Shown piece by piece: positions 1-13,427 of a DNA stretch of 64,000 bases (positions within the stretch are counted from its first letter, which is position 1; each line of letters opens with the position of its first letter). The notes beneath the pieces were generated by a model. That model did not search any database and had not been told where the DNA came from. It worked only from the letters and a program-made list of their open reading frames with translations. The stretch spans positions 54,064,001 through 54,128,000 of the forward strand of contig OX597829.1 of assembly GCA_951406725.2 (NCBI GenBank), written 5' to 3'. Source of the stretch: Octopus vulgaris (taxonomy: Eukaryota). The position numbers were made by a program, and so were the translations under genes.

Positions 1-349
1 TAACGTTTTCACTGGTTCTGCCATGCATTATCTCATAACTTCAAGATTTCAATGTTATGATTGTTTGGTTTTAGAATGACATTGTAGGATAGGTGTAAGA
101 AGCTGGACCTGGCCAGTCTGAATATAAAGTAGGTAAAATATTTTAGTTGGATATGGTTGGTTTCAGTGCTAAATGGTTGTTCAAATGTTGTGTCAATCTT
201 AACACCTGTTGACTAATGATTTGGAAATGTTCCTTTGAACATTCCTTGATAGATGAGGTATTTATCTCATTACTCATTTTCTTTTACCTTTATTAATCAT
301 TAGATTACAACTTCATTTCTTTAAACAATTGGTTTCTCTTTTTTCACAG

Positions 350-459
350 TTCAAATCAGTCAGAAATTCCACTTGGAGAATCCTTGAGTGATACCACTAC
401 AATGGTTATTAACGATGATGGCCATGTTTTATCAGAAGGTTGTGGATGGTTATATACAG
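350..459 (+). CDS. AASDH: AASDH internal exon (adenylation domain)
   Basis: Acceptor ttttcacag at 341-349, donor gt at 460. Translates SNQSEIPLGESLSDTTTMVINDDGHVLSEGCGWLYTG, resembling the AASDH A-domain segment. Phase joins exon 2050. Confidence 0.88.
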
Positions 460-684
460 GTACAGTTAGATTTATTTCTATTGTCTTTGAGAGGAATCTG
501 AAAGACACTAAAATATATTTCAGTTTATTTCACATTTCTCTTAGCTTTCTTCTTCTATAAACCTAAATGTTAAAATTAGTCCAGAACACCTCATTCTTAA
601 AAACCGTTCTTTTCCTTTTATAATTTCTAATATGTATTTGTTTCTTTAATGACATTCAGTTCAGATGTATATTACACTAACCAT

Positions 685-1043
685 TTTGGTTTGGTTTCAG
701 TCCCATTGCACAGCACTTTGGGCAAATATCTTGTATTATAGCCCCAGGCCACCCCATGCTGATCAAAACCTTGTGAGTGGATTTGGTAGACAGAAGCTGA
801 AAGAAGTCTGTCGTGTGTGTGTGTATGTCATTGTGTTTGTTCCCCACCATTGCTTAGCAACCAGTGTTGGTGTGTTTGCATCCCTATAACTTAGCAGTTT
901 GGCAAAAAAAGTGCAATAGAATAAGTACCAGGTTTAAAAATTAAGCCCTGGAGTTGATTTATTCAACTAAAAACTTTCAAAGGTGGTGTTCCAGCATGGC
1001 CACAGTTCAATGACTGAAACAAGTAAAAGATAAAAGGATAAAA
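685..1043 (+). mobile_element. degenerate tRNA-derived SINE, family A (CORE-like)
   Basis: Matches the better copies at 29377 and 51214 (ttcagtcccattgc...ttgggcaa, tail tgactgaaacaagtaaaaga). Confidence 0.75.
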
Positions 1044-1317
1044 AATATATTACATAAATGTTAATTAACTTCTTAATTATTTCACTTTATATCGTTTTGG
1101 GAAAATATGAAGTCAGTATCATACCATTTCCACTTTTCTAAAATTTAATGACTTAGCACCTCAGAAGAATAAAATAAACAGCTTAGCTTCCTAACTACAT
1201 GGTTCCAGGTTCAGTCCCTTGGGCAAGTATCTTCTACCATAACCTTAGGCCTTGTGAGTAGATTTGATGGATGGAAATTGAAAGAAGCCTGTTGTGTGTA
1301 TATATATAAATACACCA

Positions 1318-1942
1318 ACATCAACATCATTTAATGTCCATTTTCCATGCTGGTTTGGCTTGGACGGTTTGACAGAAGCTGGGCAGCTGAAGGGTTGTTC
1401 AGGCTCCATGTCTGTTTTGGCAGTGTTTCTATAGCTGGATGCCCATCCTAATGCCAACCACTTTACAGAGTGTACTGGGTGCTTTTATGCAGCATTGGAC
1501 ACTAAACTCTGCTTGCGAGGACCTGTTGAGGCAAGTAAAATCAAAATCAAATTCGATGACTGGCAGCCATGTTAGTGGGGCACTAAGAGCACCATCTGAG
1601 AGTGATCATTGCCAGAGCTGCTAACTGGCTTCCATGCCGGTGGCACATAAAAAGCACCATTTGAGCTTTATTGTTACCTGTGTCGCCCTACTGGCACTTG
1701 TGCCAGTGGCATGTGAGAAAAACATTCGAGCAATGTCGTTGCCAGGGCTGCTGGACTGGCTCCTGTGCAGGTGGCACGTCAAAAAACACCATTCGAGTGG
1801 TTGGCATTAGGAAGGGCATCCAGCTGTAGAAACTCTGCCAGATCAGATTGGAGCCTGGTGCAGCCATCTGGTTTGCCAGTCCTCAGTCAAAATCGTCCAA
1901 CCCATGCTAGCATGGAAAGCGGACGTTAAACGATGATGATGA
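1318..1942. mobile_element. two RTE-LINE 3' UTR fragments in opposite orientation
   Basis: (cat)n-tttaatgtcc...gctggatgcccatcc on - (1318-1490) and ...ggaagggcatccagctg...gcggacgttaaacgatgatgat on + (1500-1942); same tail as the RTE at 18221. Confidence 0.8.
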
Positions 1943-2049
1943 TATATATATATATTTACACACACACATGCACAATTGAAAGTGTATATATATATACTTG
2001 GAAAATGCCAACACTCCTAGTCTAAAAGATATAATTTTCTTCTTTTCAG

Positions 2050-2222
2050 GAAGTCTTGACCGTTTATGTTTCGTAAATGATGAAGTAACTCCTGAGAATG
2101 GTTTGAGGAATACTGGAGACTTGGTTACCATTGATCAGTCTGGGAAAATATTCTTTCTTCACAGGAAGGATGAGCAGTTGAAAAGAAATGGTAAAAGACT
2201 GAATCTCCAAGAAATAGAACAT
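2050..2222 (+). CDS. AASDH: AASDH internal exon (adenylation domain, TGD and RxDxQxKxxGxR motifs)
   Basis: tcttttcag acceptor, gtatga donor. Translates GSLDRLCFVNDEVTPENGLRNTGDLVTIDQSGKIFFLHRKDEQLKRNGKRLNLQEIEH, containing the A7/A8 motifs of adenylate-forming enzymes. Confidence 0.93.
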
Positions 2223-3888
2223 GTATGAATACAAATTCTTCTTCTCTTCTCTTTTTCTTTTTTGCTCTTATATATTTCTTGAAATGAATTTTTATTTTTT
2301 GAAGTAATAAGGTTCATATTAAGAAACACAAAGACCGTTAGATTCACTTAAAGATTTAAATTTAATTTGTCAAAATATTTTTTTCGCTTTGAGACCGCGA
2401 CCTGTTCACTGACAAAATTCCGTGCTGCCTTAATAATAATAATAATAATAATCAGGGAGCTGAGAAGTATATTAAGCCTTTCCTTGGTAACTCCAGTCTC
2501 CATGAACTACAAAAATAACCTTGATGGGTACAACCTGTATACTAAAGAAAGCACTCCCCATCTAAAATGGAATAAATGTGGTGACAATTTTAGCACATAT
2601 AGCAAAACAAAAGTACCCTTGCTATTCTTGACCACTGGAGGATACCCGGCATTAAGGCAGCTGAAATAAAGTTATAATGAAAGTAAATAATAATAATAAT
2701 AATAATAATAATGATAATAATTTTTTAACTGATTGGTAGTGTTATCATGTACAATGTTTTGTCTTGGTATAAAAAATGAGTTATAGTAAATATTCTGTTC
2801 AATACCATAGATTTGCTTGTCAGGTGCTTGACCATAACCAGCTGAGCATGTCCCTTAGTGGCTGACAATATGTGCATCTCTGATCATGAGCAGAAGTAGT
2901 GGTGGAGCATCATAGCCATGTGTTGAGAGGGATTCTTTGGGGTTTGAATAATTTATTTAGTGACCCTTTGAGCGTGATGGGCTTCTCAACCTGAAAATTC
3001 TAACTGGGTCCCACCTACAAGGTCATGCACTGTTAATCTTGATATGAGATCATCATGTTGCACATATGACTGTGATGCATGTGCCTGGTGTACCCTTATC
3101 AGACGGGTAGTCATGATGGGTGTATTGGGCTTTGTATATTTGTACCCCAATGTCACTTTGATGGTATGCACTGCTCTCTCAATAATAATAATAATAATAA
3201 TAATAATGACGCAACATCCAAAATGCAACCTAAAAGACCAAAAGAGATTGGTATTGAAACTTACATTGTTGACCTGCAGAAGAGTACGATCCTATATTCT
3301 GCCAGAATCCTAAGGAGAATTCTTGGAATTTGAGGAGACTTGTTGTCATCAAACAGCATGATAAAATTCCTTCTAACTAAATATTGTTTTGTGTGTCCCA
3401 AAACACCATTAACACGTTTTTGTGTTAATTAGATTTGAAAAACACCAACATCTTCTGTGTAAGATTGTTTTATTTCAGGTGTTGTCTCTCTATTTTGCTT
3501 TTACTAACAACCTATCTTTTGCATGTTGACTATCTTCCAAACATAACTGCACTTGTGATATTTTTACTTTATCAGAAAATCCATGGCATTATAGATGTAT
3601 GATTAATTGTCTGTTTGATTTTCGAAGGATGGCAATTCTCAGTTCTTACTCCAACTCTTCATCTTCATTATTTTTTATATATCTGTGTGTGCATGTGTAT
3701 GTGTGTGTACAGGGTGGTGCAAAAGTAGGTGTATGGTTATGATAAAAGAAAACACAATACTCATTTATTTTTATCAAAAAAATTAAAATGTACAACAAAA
3801 GTATTATTATAGTTGATAAATGTATTATTATGATTAATATCACTGTAAATATCAGAAATGAGGCTAATTTAATGTGCTAATAATTTTA

Positions 3889-4207
3889 GTGCCGGTGGCA
3901 CGTAACAAACACCATCCGAGCGTGGCCGTTCGCCAGCCTCGTCTGGCACCTGTGTCAGTGGCACATAAAAATCACCATCCGAGCATGGCCGTTCGCTAGC
4001 CTCGTCTGGCACCTGTGTCGGTGGCACATAAAAAGCACCCACTACACTCACGGAGTGGTTGGCATTAGGAAGGGCATCCTGCTGTAGAAACACTGCCAGA
4101 TCTGACTGGCCTGGTGCAGCCCTCGGGCTTCCCAGACCCCAGTTGAACCGTCCAACCCATGCTAGCATGGAAAGCGAACGTTAAACGATGATGATGATGA
4201 TGATGAT
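3889..4207 (+). mobile_element. RTE-LINE 3' UTR fragment
   Basis: gtggcacataaaa tandem units and (gat)n tail. Confidence 0.8.
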
Positions 4208-4769
4208 AAGTATTATAATATTTGATGTGATACTTACTGTATATCTATTTTTTCACCCTCCTGTATGTGTATATGTATATATATATTTGTCTTTTTGTTT
4301 TTTTTTTCAACCCTTTTTCTCATTCTTCAGCATCAGTTACTTCTTCCTCACCTCATAATGATGGTATGGTGTTACTCATTGCTACATGTTTCTAGGGTTG
4401 AGCATAAAGCAATTTCTCCTGCAATTCCCAGGCATTTGACTGATGGTGCTCTGGAAACTGAAGTTTGTTGCTCTTGCTGCTGCCTCAATTGGTCTCCATT
4501 AACTTTCCTTTCTCATTTTCTTGTCTAGTTTTCCTAGTTCTTCAAGGCAAGATGGTTATTACTAAGATAAATGTAACAACAAATCTTTTTTGTCCTTAAT
4601 CTCATAACCTTTGTCTTGGTGCCCTCAACTAGGTGTGGCTCCAGTACAATTTTGAGACCTTTTGGTAATATAAAGACTTGTAAGTCCATTTTGAGAACCC
4701 AGACTTTGTGCCACTGCTTGTTAGCCCTGCTTTTACCTCTCACATGTATCATTATACAAAAGTGATGAT

Positions 4770-5112
4770 TAGTTGCGTCGCCTTACTGGCACTTGTGCTG
4801 GTGGCACATGAAAAAAACATTTGAGCGAGGTCGCTGCCAGTGCCGTTGGACTGACTCCTGTGCAGGTGGCACATAAAAATCACTATTTGAGCATGGCTAT
4901 TGCCAGTACCGCATAACTGGCCCTCGTGCTGGTGGCATGTAGAAGCACCCACTACACTCTTGGAGTGGTTGGCATTAGGAAGGGCATCCAGCTGTAGAAA
5001 CTCTGCCAGATCAAATTGGAGCTTGATGCAGCCATATGGTTTGCCAGTCCTCTGTCAAATCGTCCAACCCATGCTAGCATGGAAAGCGGACGTTAAACGA
5101 TGATGATGATGA
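4770..5112 (+). mobile_element. RTE-LINE 3' UTR fragment
   Basis: Same tail, gcggacgttaaacgatgatgatg. Confidence 0.8.
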
Positions 5113-5796
5113 TCATCATGATCATCATCATCTTTAACTTTATAATAATGAGGCTAACATACAAACTGAAAAGTGTTGTCATTCCTATTTAAAAAATAAG
5201 AATACGGTTCTGTCAGACAGTATTTCTGACTCTTGCAGTTTCTCTGTGACTGATGACATTTCTGTCAACAAGAGACTATGGCATTATAACCAGCCAGGAA
5301 CAGTCTTCGCTACATTTGCGGTACCTGCCAGAGGGAGTGTTTGTCCAGGATAGGACTACACAGCCACAGCTGGAAATGTATCAGGACATGAAATATAAAA
5401 GCCGGACTAGACTACTTTATGCGCAACTCCATTGTCTCCCGAGACAGAAAGGATGCCAACCAACCAACGATGACATTGATGGGGTTGATATTCAGTTTGA
5501 AAATTTGGAAGTCAACATCTGCTGAAGCAAATGTAAACAACTGATATTCCAGGGAAGAAGGTGTTTGGTGTGCTTGGGCAGAGTTGGTATGCAAGGAACA
5601 GAGGACATTGTAGCAATGAAAGAAAAGGCAATGTCACATCAATGAGCCAGAGACTGAAGCGTTTAAGTGTGTGATTCCATGCATGTCGGTTTAGTGTCTT
5701 TCTTTTAGATGCCATCTTGGACATTTAGGTATGTTGCTGTAACAGAATCACATATGTGGGAGTAGTATTAGAGAAATACTACTCCCACATAATACC

Positions 5797-6027
5797 TATT
5801 TCTTTATTACCCACAAGGGGCTAAACACAGAGGGGACAAACAAGGACAGACATAGGTATTAAGTCGATTACATCGACCCCAGTGCGTAACTGGTACTTAA
5901 TTTATCGACCCCGAAAGGATGAAAGGCAAAGTCGACCTCGGCGGAATTTGAACTCACAACGTAATGCAGACGAAATACCGCTAAGCATTTCGCCCGGCGT
6001 GCTAAGGTTTCTGCCAGCTCGCCACCT
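5797..6027 (-). mobile_element. tRNA-derived SINE, family B (MetaSINE-like core), with 17-bp TSD
   Basis: Core gtcgactttgcctttcatcctttcggggtcgataaa on -. TSD tactcccacataatacc at 5780-5796 and 6028-6044. Other copies at about 9040-9257, 11286-11515, 14617-14835, 39340-39470, 58978-59092, 59200-59415. Confidence 0.85.
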
Positions 6028-6113
6028 TACTCCCACATAATACCATAATGCCATACGTCAATGTCTTTCCATATTTTGATGTGGAAATCTTTTCTCTTAT
6101 TCTATTCTTGCAG

Positions 6114-6327
6114 GTTGTTCAACAAGAAGACTTTGTGGAAAATTGCAAAGCTCTGATTTTTAATAGTTCTGTGATATTGTTTTATATTTGTTCGAGTTGG
6201 CATAAGGAAAAGATGAATGAGTCACAGAGAGAGCAATTACTGAAAACATCTCTTCAGAAAGAGCTCTCGGCTCATTACCAACCAGACATTTTTGTAGACA
6301 CCAATTCATTTCCAATAACCTATCATG
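6114..6327 (+). CDS. AASDH: AASDH internal exon (A-domain C-terminal subdomain)
   Basis: ttcttgcag acceptor, gtatga donor. VVQQEDFVENC...LSAHYQPDIFVDTNSFPITYH(G); completes the A10 motif PITYHGK with the next exon. Confidence 0.9.
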
Positions 6328-6414
6328 GTATGACCCTTTTTTGTTTGTTATTTCTTCCTTTTTTTTTTCTTGTGAGCACCAAACTTGCTATCATCAATCA
6401 ACCACTGATCACCT

Positions 6415-6815
6415 GATGGTTTGGTGGTGGTGGTGGTGGTGGTGGAGGTGTGCAGAAAGGAAATGGCATTTTGTCATACTTGAAAAAAAAAAACAATATA
6501 AAAGTCCTTAAACAGTTGTGGGAAATATTTTTATCACTAATTTTATTGCCACTACCATCACAATCACCATGACTACCACTGCCACCACCACTACTACTAC
6601 CACTACCATCACTGCTACTGCCACCACCACTACCATCACCACCACCACCACCACCACCACCATCATTGCTACCACCACTACCATCACCACCACATCCACC
6701 ACTGTCACCAGCCGAAATAAACAAAATCTCTTAAGCCACTCTCCCGTCATTATCATTATCATTCACAACACTATCACATCCTATTTCCCACTAACCATCA
6801 TCATCACCATCAACA
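6415..6815. repeat. (GGT)n/(ACC)n trinucleotide low-complexity tract
   Basis: Imperfect acc/act/atc runs, which explain the poly-T/V/G ORFs in the track. Confidence 0.85.
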
Positions 6816-7369
6816 ATGTTTCTAACATTTAAAAAAAATAAATGCCAACCCACACATTCTTAAAAACTGTTGTTGTTGTCATTGCTGTCCTCAATATTGA
6901 CCTCCAGATATTTTTTTTTCTCTAAAGCTTGTCAAACTGCAAACATTCACTCTTATACATCACTCTTACCTCAGACTCTTCTAGCTTTTGGTGACAACAA
7001 TGTTGCTACCTTATATCTTTGCAATTTTTGTCAATGTTTGTCTTTATAATATAATAAACCACGACTGGAAAAGTCTACCTTGGTAGGCACTTTCATTGCC
7101 TTCTGTTATTCTAAGTAGGTTAGCACTAACTGACTTTTTCTATTTTTCTATTTTCTTCATATCTCAAATATTTGGTAAGGTATTTTCTTAATGCTTAACA
7201 ATAAATTGTTTCTTTAATATTTAACATTTCTTCACACATCAGTGACTGTCTTTTATAATTCTAATCATTATTTATAACAAAGAAAATGAATTTTTCAATT
7301 CTTCTTATGTAGATACTTGATAAATTAAAGAACATTTCTATAATACACAGACTAACCATTTACAGTAAT

Positions 7370-7800
7370 ATGTGGTCAAGCCCTCAGTCAAGGGAATGCC
7401 CTTCCTCTTTCCAGGGTCATCCTCCCTTGACCCAAATCTTAGTTGCTGTTCTAGCACCTCAATGGAGTAGTAACATTGACCCTGAAGCTCTGCAAGTAAA
7501 GAAGGTGGCATGATATAGTTCTTATTGTTCATAAGCCCTAGGTTTATCAGAGATGATAGGTATTTGGTTTGCTTCACCTATTGCTCTTCCTCTTCATTTT
7601 CTGTTCATCGTCAATTTTCTCATTGAAGATGAACACGAGCATGATGGGTTTCTCAGGGGCCATGAGCTTATTTGGCAAGCACTTCAGCCATATCACATAC
7701 TTGTCCCAAGATTTGCTGTACATGAACTGCCCTCCCTTTATCATATAGCACTTATTAATAACATCCTCAAACACCAAATGTCTGATAGTGAATTCCACCA
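7370..7800 (-). pseudogene. decayed maT/DD37D-like (Tc1/mariner superfamily) transposase
   Basis: LPNKLMAPEKPIMLVFIFNEK...KMKRKSNR and LGLMNNKNYIMPP...IEVLE resemble the FFSDEK..NR and GVVS.EG.VMPP..YIEVL transposase segments; frameshifted. Confidence 0.55.
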
Positions 7801-9282
7801 CCCAGAGCTGCTCAGCATTGATCCATAATTAACCCAGTGAAGTTGTCATCGATTATATTCTAAACTTTGTTGTTGGATGGACTCAGTCATCTTGATGATG
7901 AATATCTGCTAAAACTGTTTTTTCCTCTTGGCTATGGACAACACTTTTGCTCTTTATGAGAACAATCAAAGCTATAGCTGAAAGAGGGTGTATCACCCCG
8001 ATGGAGGCAGAGTTCTTGTACCACATCTCAAGCTAAGTGGGTGAGTTGGTACTCTAGTAAGACATGATCTTATATGAGAAGATACATCCAAGCTTAGTAC
8101 CAGCAAGTATTGGAGGACAGAAAAGACTTGCTTCTGTTCAGATTATAAATGTGATTTGGGTGAAACTACCTAAAGTGTGTTGTACATCCCAGTGGTGGAA
8201 CAGAAAGAGTGACTGATGTTAATTCCCAGAATCACATTTCTATTGACAGGATAGCACATTAGATGGTAAAGTTACTAGTACCCTGAACATGAAAAACCTG
8301 GCCCCATTCATGAAGTTGGTAAGCTTCAAGTCACTATGCAGGGTGGCTAGAGAGAGTGATATGTGTATTTTGTCCTTTTTGCAGTTTGCCAATGCATTAC
8401 ACTTGGGTCTCCTTGTTACATCTAGCTCTGAAGTATATTGTCTTTTTATCACACTACATCTATAAAAGGATCTTCCCAAAAACGACAGCTGCAGCCTCTG
8501 GCTTTTCAATGATGCATATACATTATGTCATATCGATAAAGATTTTATTCAATGCTGTTTCTATTGCATAATTCAGATTTTATTCAGCCCAGCAGCCCCT
8601 TTGCAAAACCAGTGAATTGTTTCTTCACTGTTTCTATTTACTTCAGACTGGCTGAAGTGACTTCATCTCAGAGGGGACCCAAGTGTGTGGCATTGAATAG
8701 CTTCAAAAAGGATGAAATGCACATATCATTTTCATGGTTGCTTCTGGGACAATTTCATTTTGTCTAATCTGAAGTATGTTGTGTTTTTTTTAACATACTG
8801 CATCTATAAAGAGATCTTTCTCAAGATGACCGCTGCAGCTTCTAACTTTTCAACGATATACATATGATAGGTACGTCATACGTATAAAGAAAATGAGTAG
8901 GATATGTTTCCATAAAGTTTGAAATCATAGCCATATTATCAATAATCCACCAGCTTAATATCATTCCTAGTTTTTTATTGTCACATTTAATCTAATTTAT
9001 TCAAATTTAGAAATTAAAATAATTTATGTAAACCTGAGGCAATGAGCCAGCAAAATCATTTGAACAATGGGTAAAGTGCTTAGAGGCATTTCGTCTGTCT
9101 TTATGTTCTGAGTTTAAATCCCACCAAGGTTGACTTTGCCTTTCATCCTCTTGGGGTTGATAAAATAAAATAAGTACCAGTTGAGCACTGGGATTGATGT
9201 AATTGACTTACTTCCTCTCCCAAACTTGTTGGTCTGGTGCCAAAATTTGAAACCAATAAGTACAAATCTTAAAATTCTCAAT

Positions 9283-9660
9283 TCATCATCATCATCATCA
9301 TCATTGTTTAACGTCCGCTTTCCATGCTAGCATGGGTTGGACGGTTCAACTGGGGTCTGGGAAGCCCGAAGGCTGCACCAGGTCAGTCAGATCTGGCAGT
9401 GTTTCTACAGCTGGATGCCCTTCCTAACGCCAACCTCTCTGAGAGTGTAGCGGGTGATTTTATGTGCCACCGACACAGGTGCCAGACGAGGCTGGTGAAC
9501 GGCCATGCTCGGATGGTGTTTTTTTATGTGCCACCGACACAAGTGCCAGACGAGGCTGGCGAACGGCCACGATCGGATGGTGTTTGTTACGTGCCCACAG
9601 CACGGAGGCCAGTCGATGCGGTACTGGCTACGGCCACGTTCGGATGGTCTTCTTATGTGA
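9283..9660 (-). mobile_element. RTE-LINE 3' UTR fragment
   Basis: (cat)n-gtttaacgtccgctttccatgctagcatggg tail. Confidence 0.8.
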
Positions 9661-9830
9661 TGATGATGTTCCTTAAAATATCTTTATTATTAAATTTTTT
9701 TGATATATTTCCAACAAAATTGATTTGTCCGACATATTTCCTCACATCTATATGAACATTACTTGACTTTGTTTAATTCATACATTCTTAATTCTTGTTA
9801 ATTTAATCATTATTACAATACTTATTACAG

Positions 9831-9922
9831 GGAAATTAAATATTCCAGTTCTTTATGATATGATGAGAGACAGCAGCAGGAAACAACAACCAGTAGAAAA
9901 AATTGTTGAACAATGTTGGAAG
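9831..9922 (+). CDS. AASDH: AASDH internal exon (A10 lysine and start of carrier domain)
   Basis: ttattacag acceptor, gtattt donor. GKLNIPVLYDMMRDSSRKQQPVEKIVEQCWK; phases match both neighbours. Not in the ORF track. Confidence 0.88.
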
Positions 9923-10929
9923 GTATTTCATTTAAATAAAACTTTGGTAGATAAAAACTTTTAAGCATTTTCATTTATCTGAAGATTATTTATATCCTTG
10001 CTGATAACATCCTTTGCTTTTATATTAGCTTAATATATACACATCTGTGAATATAGTAGAAGCAGTAGTGAGCTCAAATATATAAACTTTCTCTATTTAG
10101 TTTTATGTATATTCTGCCTTTTTTGTCTTTCTCCCCCATCATCATCCTCATCATCACTTAATGTCCATCTTCCATGTTGGCATAGATTGGATAGTTTTAC
10201 TGGAGCTGGCAAAGCCAGGAATCATATCAGGTTCCATAGTCTTTTCTGGCATGGTTTCTTCAGCTGGATGCCCTTCCTAACACCAATCACTTTATCGAGT
10301 GTACTGGGTGCTTTTTACATGGTACCTCACCAGTACTTTTTATGTGGTGCTAGCATCAGTGCTTTTTACATAGTACCAGTGCTTTTATGTGAGACCATCA
10401 TTAATGCTTACGTGTCACCATTCATCTATCCATCTTCTTTGCCCACTATTCCTGGCAGGGTCCTTGGGCCCCTCCTCCATAGGGTCCAGTTAGAAGCAAC
10501 TGTTATTACATTTTCCAGCTGGATTCCTGAGAGTGACCAACTGAGTCTATGGATATTATCTGACCGTCTCATTCTTGGTCTACCCCTTGGTCACCTGCTG
10601 ATTGGTTTGGCTTGAAGAATCTATCCAGCTTTTCTTTCCTGTGACCTTCTAATCACATGTCCGCATTACTGGAGCTGTGACCTTTCAATGCAGAGAAGTG
10701 GCTGCTCAGCCTAGAGAAACAGCCTGATCTCTGAGCTACCTTAAAATTAATTTATTTATATTTAATTAACAATGCCTCTCCTGTATAATTTTGTGGTCTT
10801 GTAGTGAAATTATCAGCATTTATTCATTTGTATGTGATCCACCATGTACATTTTCATTTGCTTCATTTTATTTTGTGAACAATAACATTAATAGTTACAG
10901 CTTTCCAGTGGACCAGTCATTGGTTCACT

Positions 10930-11815
10930 GGGACATTGCACATTTGGATGAGTAAAGTCAATGGGCATATACGACAGAGTGTAAGGGATTTGAGACAAAA
11001 AATGGGTGTACAAGGCATCAGTGTGCAAGAGAGCAGACTGTGCTGGTGTGGCCATGTTATGCATATGAATGAGGACAGCTGCATCAAGAGGTGCTGATTT
11101 CTAATTGTAGAGGTAACACATGAAAAGGTAGACCTAGGAAGATGTGGGACAAAGTGGTGACAAAGGATCTTCAGACACTGGACCTCACAGAAGGGATGAC
11201 AAGGGACTGTGACTCCAAGCAGTTTGCTGTGGTTTAGAAGACACGGCAAGCTAATTAAAAGCATGGTTGTCTTTGCATACAGGCTTATTTGTTTATTGCC
11301 CTCAAAGGGCTAAACATAGAGGGGACAAACACGGACAGACAAAGGGATTAAGTCGATTACATTGACCCCAGTGCATAACTAGTACTTAATTTATCGATCC
11401 TGAAAGGATGAAAGGCAAAGTCGGCCTCGGTGGAATTTGAACTCAGCATGTAACGGCAGACGAAATATCGGTAAGCATTTCACCCGGTGTGCTAACGTTT
11501 CTGCCAGCTTGCGGCCTGGGATGCAGGAGACAAGCCTTTGCATACAGGCTCGTCCCTTGCAACCCTCTCCAGCTGAGCATTCCTAATCTTGTGGGCTCAT
11601 GGGTGCTGGTGCCAAGTAAAAAGCACCCATACCAGTGCTACTTAAATGCACCCCATGCTGGTGCTGCATAGAAGCACCCAGTTTTAAGTGGTTGGCATTA
11701 GGAAGGGCAGCCAGACATGGAGTCCAGGCAGCTCTTCGGATGACCAGCTTCTGTCAAACAATCAAATCTATGCCAGCATGTAAAGTGAATGTTTGATGAT
11801 GATGATGATGATGAT
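10930..11815 (+). mobile_element. old RTE-LINE 3' end interrupted by a family B SINE
   Basis: Degenerate RT C-terminal sequence homologous to 18850-19150, SINE at 11286-11515, (gat)n tail near 11810. Confidence 0.65.
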
Positions 11816-12293
11816 GCAGAAAAAGATGGTGAGGGAGAGAAAGAGAGAGCGGTATATTTATGTGTATATCTTCAGCTAATGCATCAGTGAAAAAACAAAA
11901 AAAAACATGTGCTTCAATCCAAGTCTCTTGTGATATTTTTTTTTTTTGGCACCGAGTTATGTACAAGCCCTTGTCATTCTTGTCTTCATAAAATGCAACG
12001 GCCCTGTGAGCCAATTACTGGTCTGCTGGAAAGCTGTAACTATTATTCAGAAAATAAGATGAAGCAAATGAAAATGTACGTCATGGGTCAGACACAAATG
12101 AATAAATGCTGATGACACAAGACCAGTTATGCAGGAGTGACATTGTTTATTAAATATGTCAAGTAATTTTAAGATGGCTCAGAGATCAGGGAGTCTCTCT
12201 GGGCTGAGCTGCCACTTCTTGGCATTGAAAGGTCACAGCTGCAGTAATGCTGATACTGCAAGCATGTGATGTGATGTGTGTGTGTGTGTGTGC

Positions 12294-13330
12294 ATCATCA
12301 TCATCATCATCATTTAATAACCGCTTTCCATGCTGGCATGGGTTGGACAGTTTGACTGAAAACTGGTAAACCAGGGGGCTGCGCCAGGTTCAGATCTGAT
12401 TTGGCAAGGTTTCTACGGCTGAATGCCCTTCCTAAAGCCAACCACTCTGAGAGTGTGGTGGGTGTCTTTTATGTGTCATCGTTGACCTGACACTGGCATT
12501 GGTCATGATTTCACAAGTTCTACAGATCTTCACAAGCACAGCATATTTCCAAACAATTGAAAGGTGCTTTTAACAGGCCAGTTACACAACACTGGCATTG
12601 GCCATGACTACAATCTTAGTTTGACGTCACTGCCTCAATGAGGCCCAACGCTTGAACGGTACATTTTACGTGCCACCAGCACAGGTGCCAGTCAGATGGC
12701 ACTGACATCGGCTATGACTGTGATTTCACTTCGTTAGACAAGTCTTCACAAGCACAGCATATTGCCCAACAATTGAACTGATTTTTAATGAGCCAGATAT
12801 GTGACACTGGCATTGACTACAACTACTTACTTGGCTTGCTGGGTCTTCTTAAGCACAGCACATCTCCAAACGTCTCAATTGCTTGTCATTGCCTCTGTGA
12901 GGCCCAACGTTTAAAGGTCATGCTTCACCACCTCATCCCATGTCTTCCTGGGTCTACCTCTTCCACGGGTTCTCTCCACTGTTAGGGTGCGACACTTCTT
13001 CACACAGCTCTCCTCATCCATACACAACACATGACCATACCTGCACAGTCATCTCTCTTGCACTCCACATCTGATGCTTCTTTAAGTCCAACTTTTGTCT
13101 CAGGAAGCTTATACCCTGTTGAGTATGCACACTGACATTACACATCCAGTGAATCATACCAGCTTCATTTCTTTCAAACCTATGCATGTCCTCAGCAGTC
13201 ACAGCCCATGTTTCACTGCTGTTTGCCCAGCCTATTCTTATTCTAGCAGCTAAGCTCTTGGAGCATCCACCCCTGCTACTGATTTGGTTACTTAGGTAAT
13301 GGAAGCTATTGATTACTTCTAGTTTTTGCA
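12294..13330 (-). mobile_element. 5'-truncated RTE LINE (RT C-terminus and 3' UTR)
   Basis: ORF 13014-13331 (SETWAVTAEDM...WMCNVSVH) is homologous to ORF 18828-19724; (cat)n tail at 12294. Confidence 0.85.
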
Positions 13331-13427
13331 TGTCACTCTAAACTTGGTATTTGATCACTATTTTTTCCACCTTGTTTTGTGTTTATGTGCTTACTTGTAT
13401 ATATGTGTATATATATATATATGTATA

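Noticed and set aside
3709-3850. TA|cagggtggtgcaaaagtagg Tc1/mariner-like TIR
   Set aside because: Only one end is visible and there is no coding remnant.
3869-4168. Recurrent MLAWVGRFN.../LQLDALPNANHS ORF family
   Set aside because: Antisense translations of the RTE 3' UTR, not a protein family.
6398-6832. Poly-Gly/Val/Thr ORFs
   Set aside because: Translations of an (ACC)n-type microsatellite. The same applies to the many [12 protein letters not shown] ORFs elsewhere.
8480-8515. TTGAAAA-gcc-aga-ggc on the - strand as a U3-A8 hammerhead
   Set aside because: Neither duplicate has the required GAAA.
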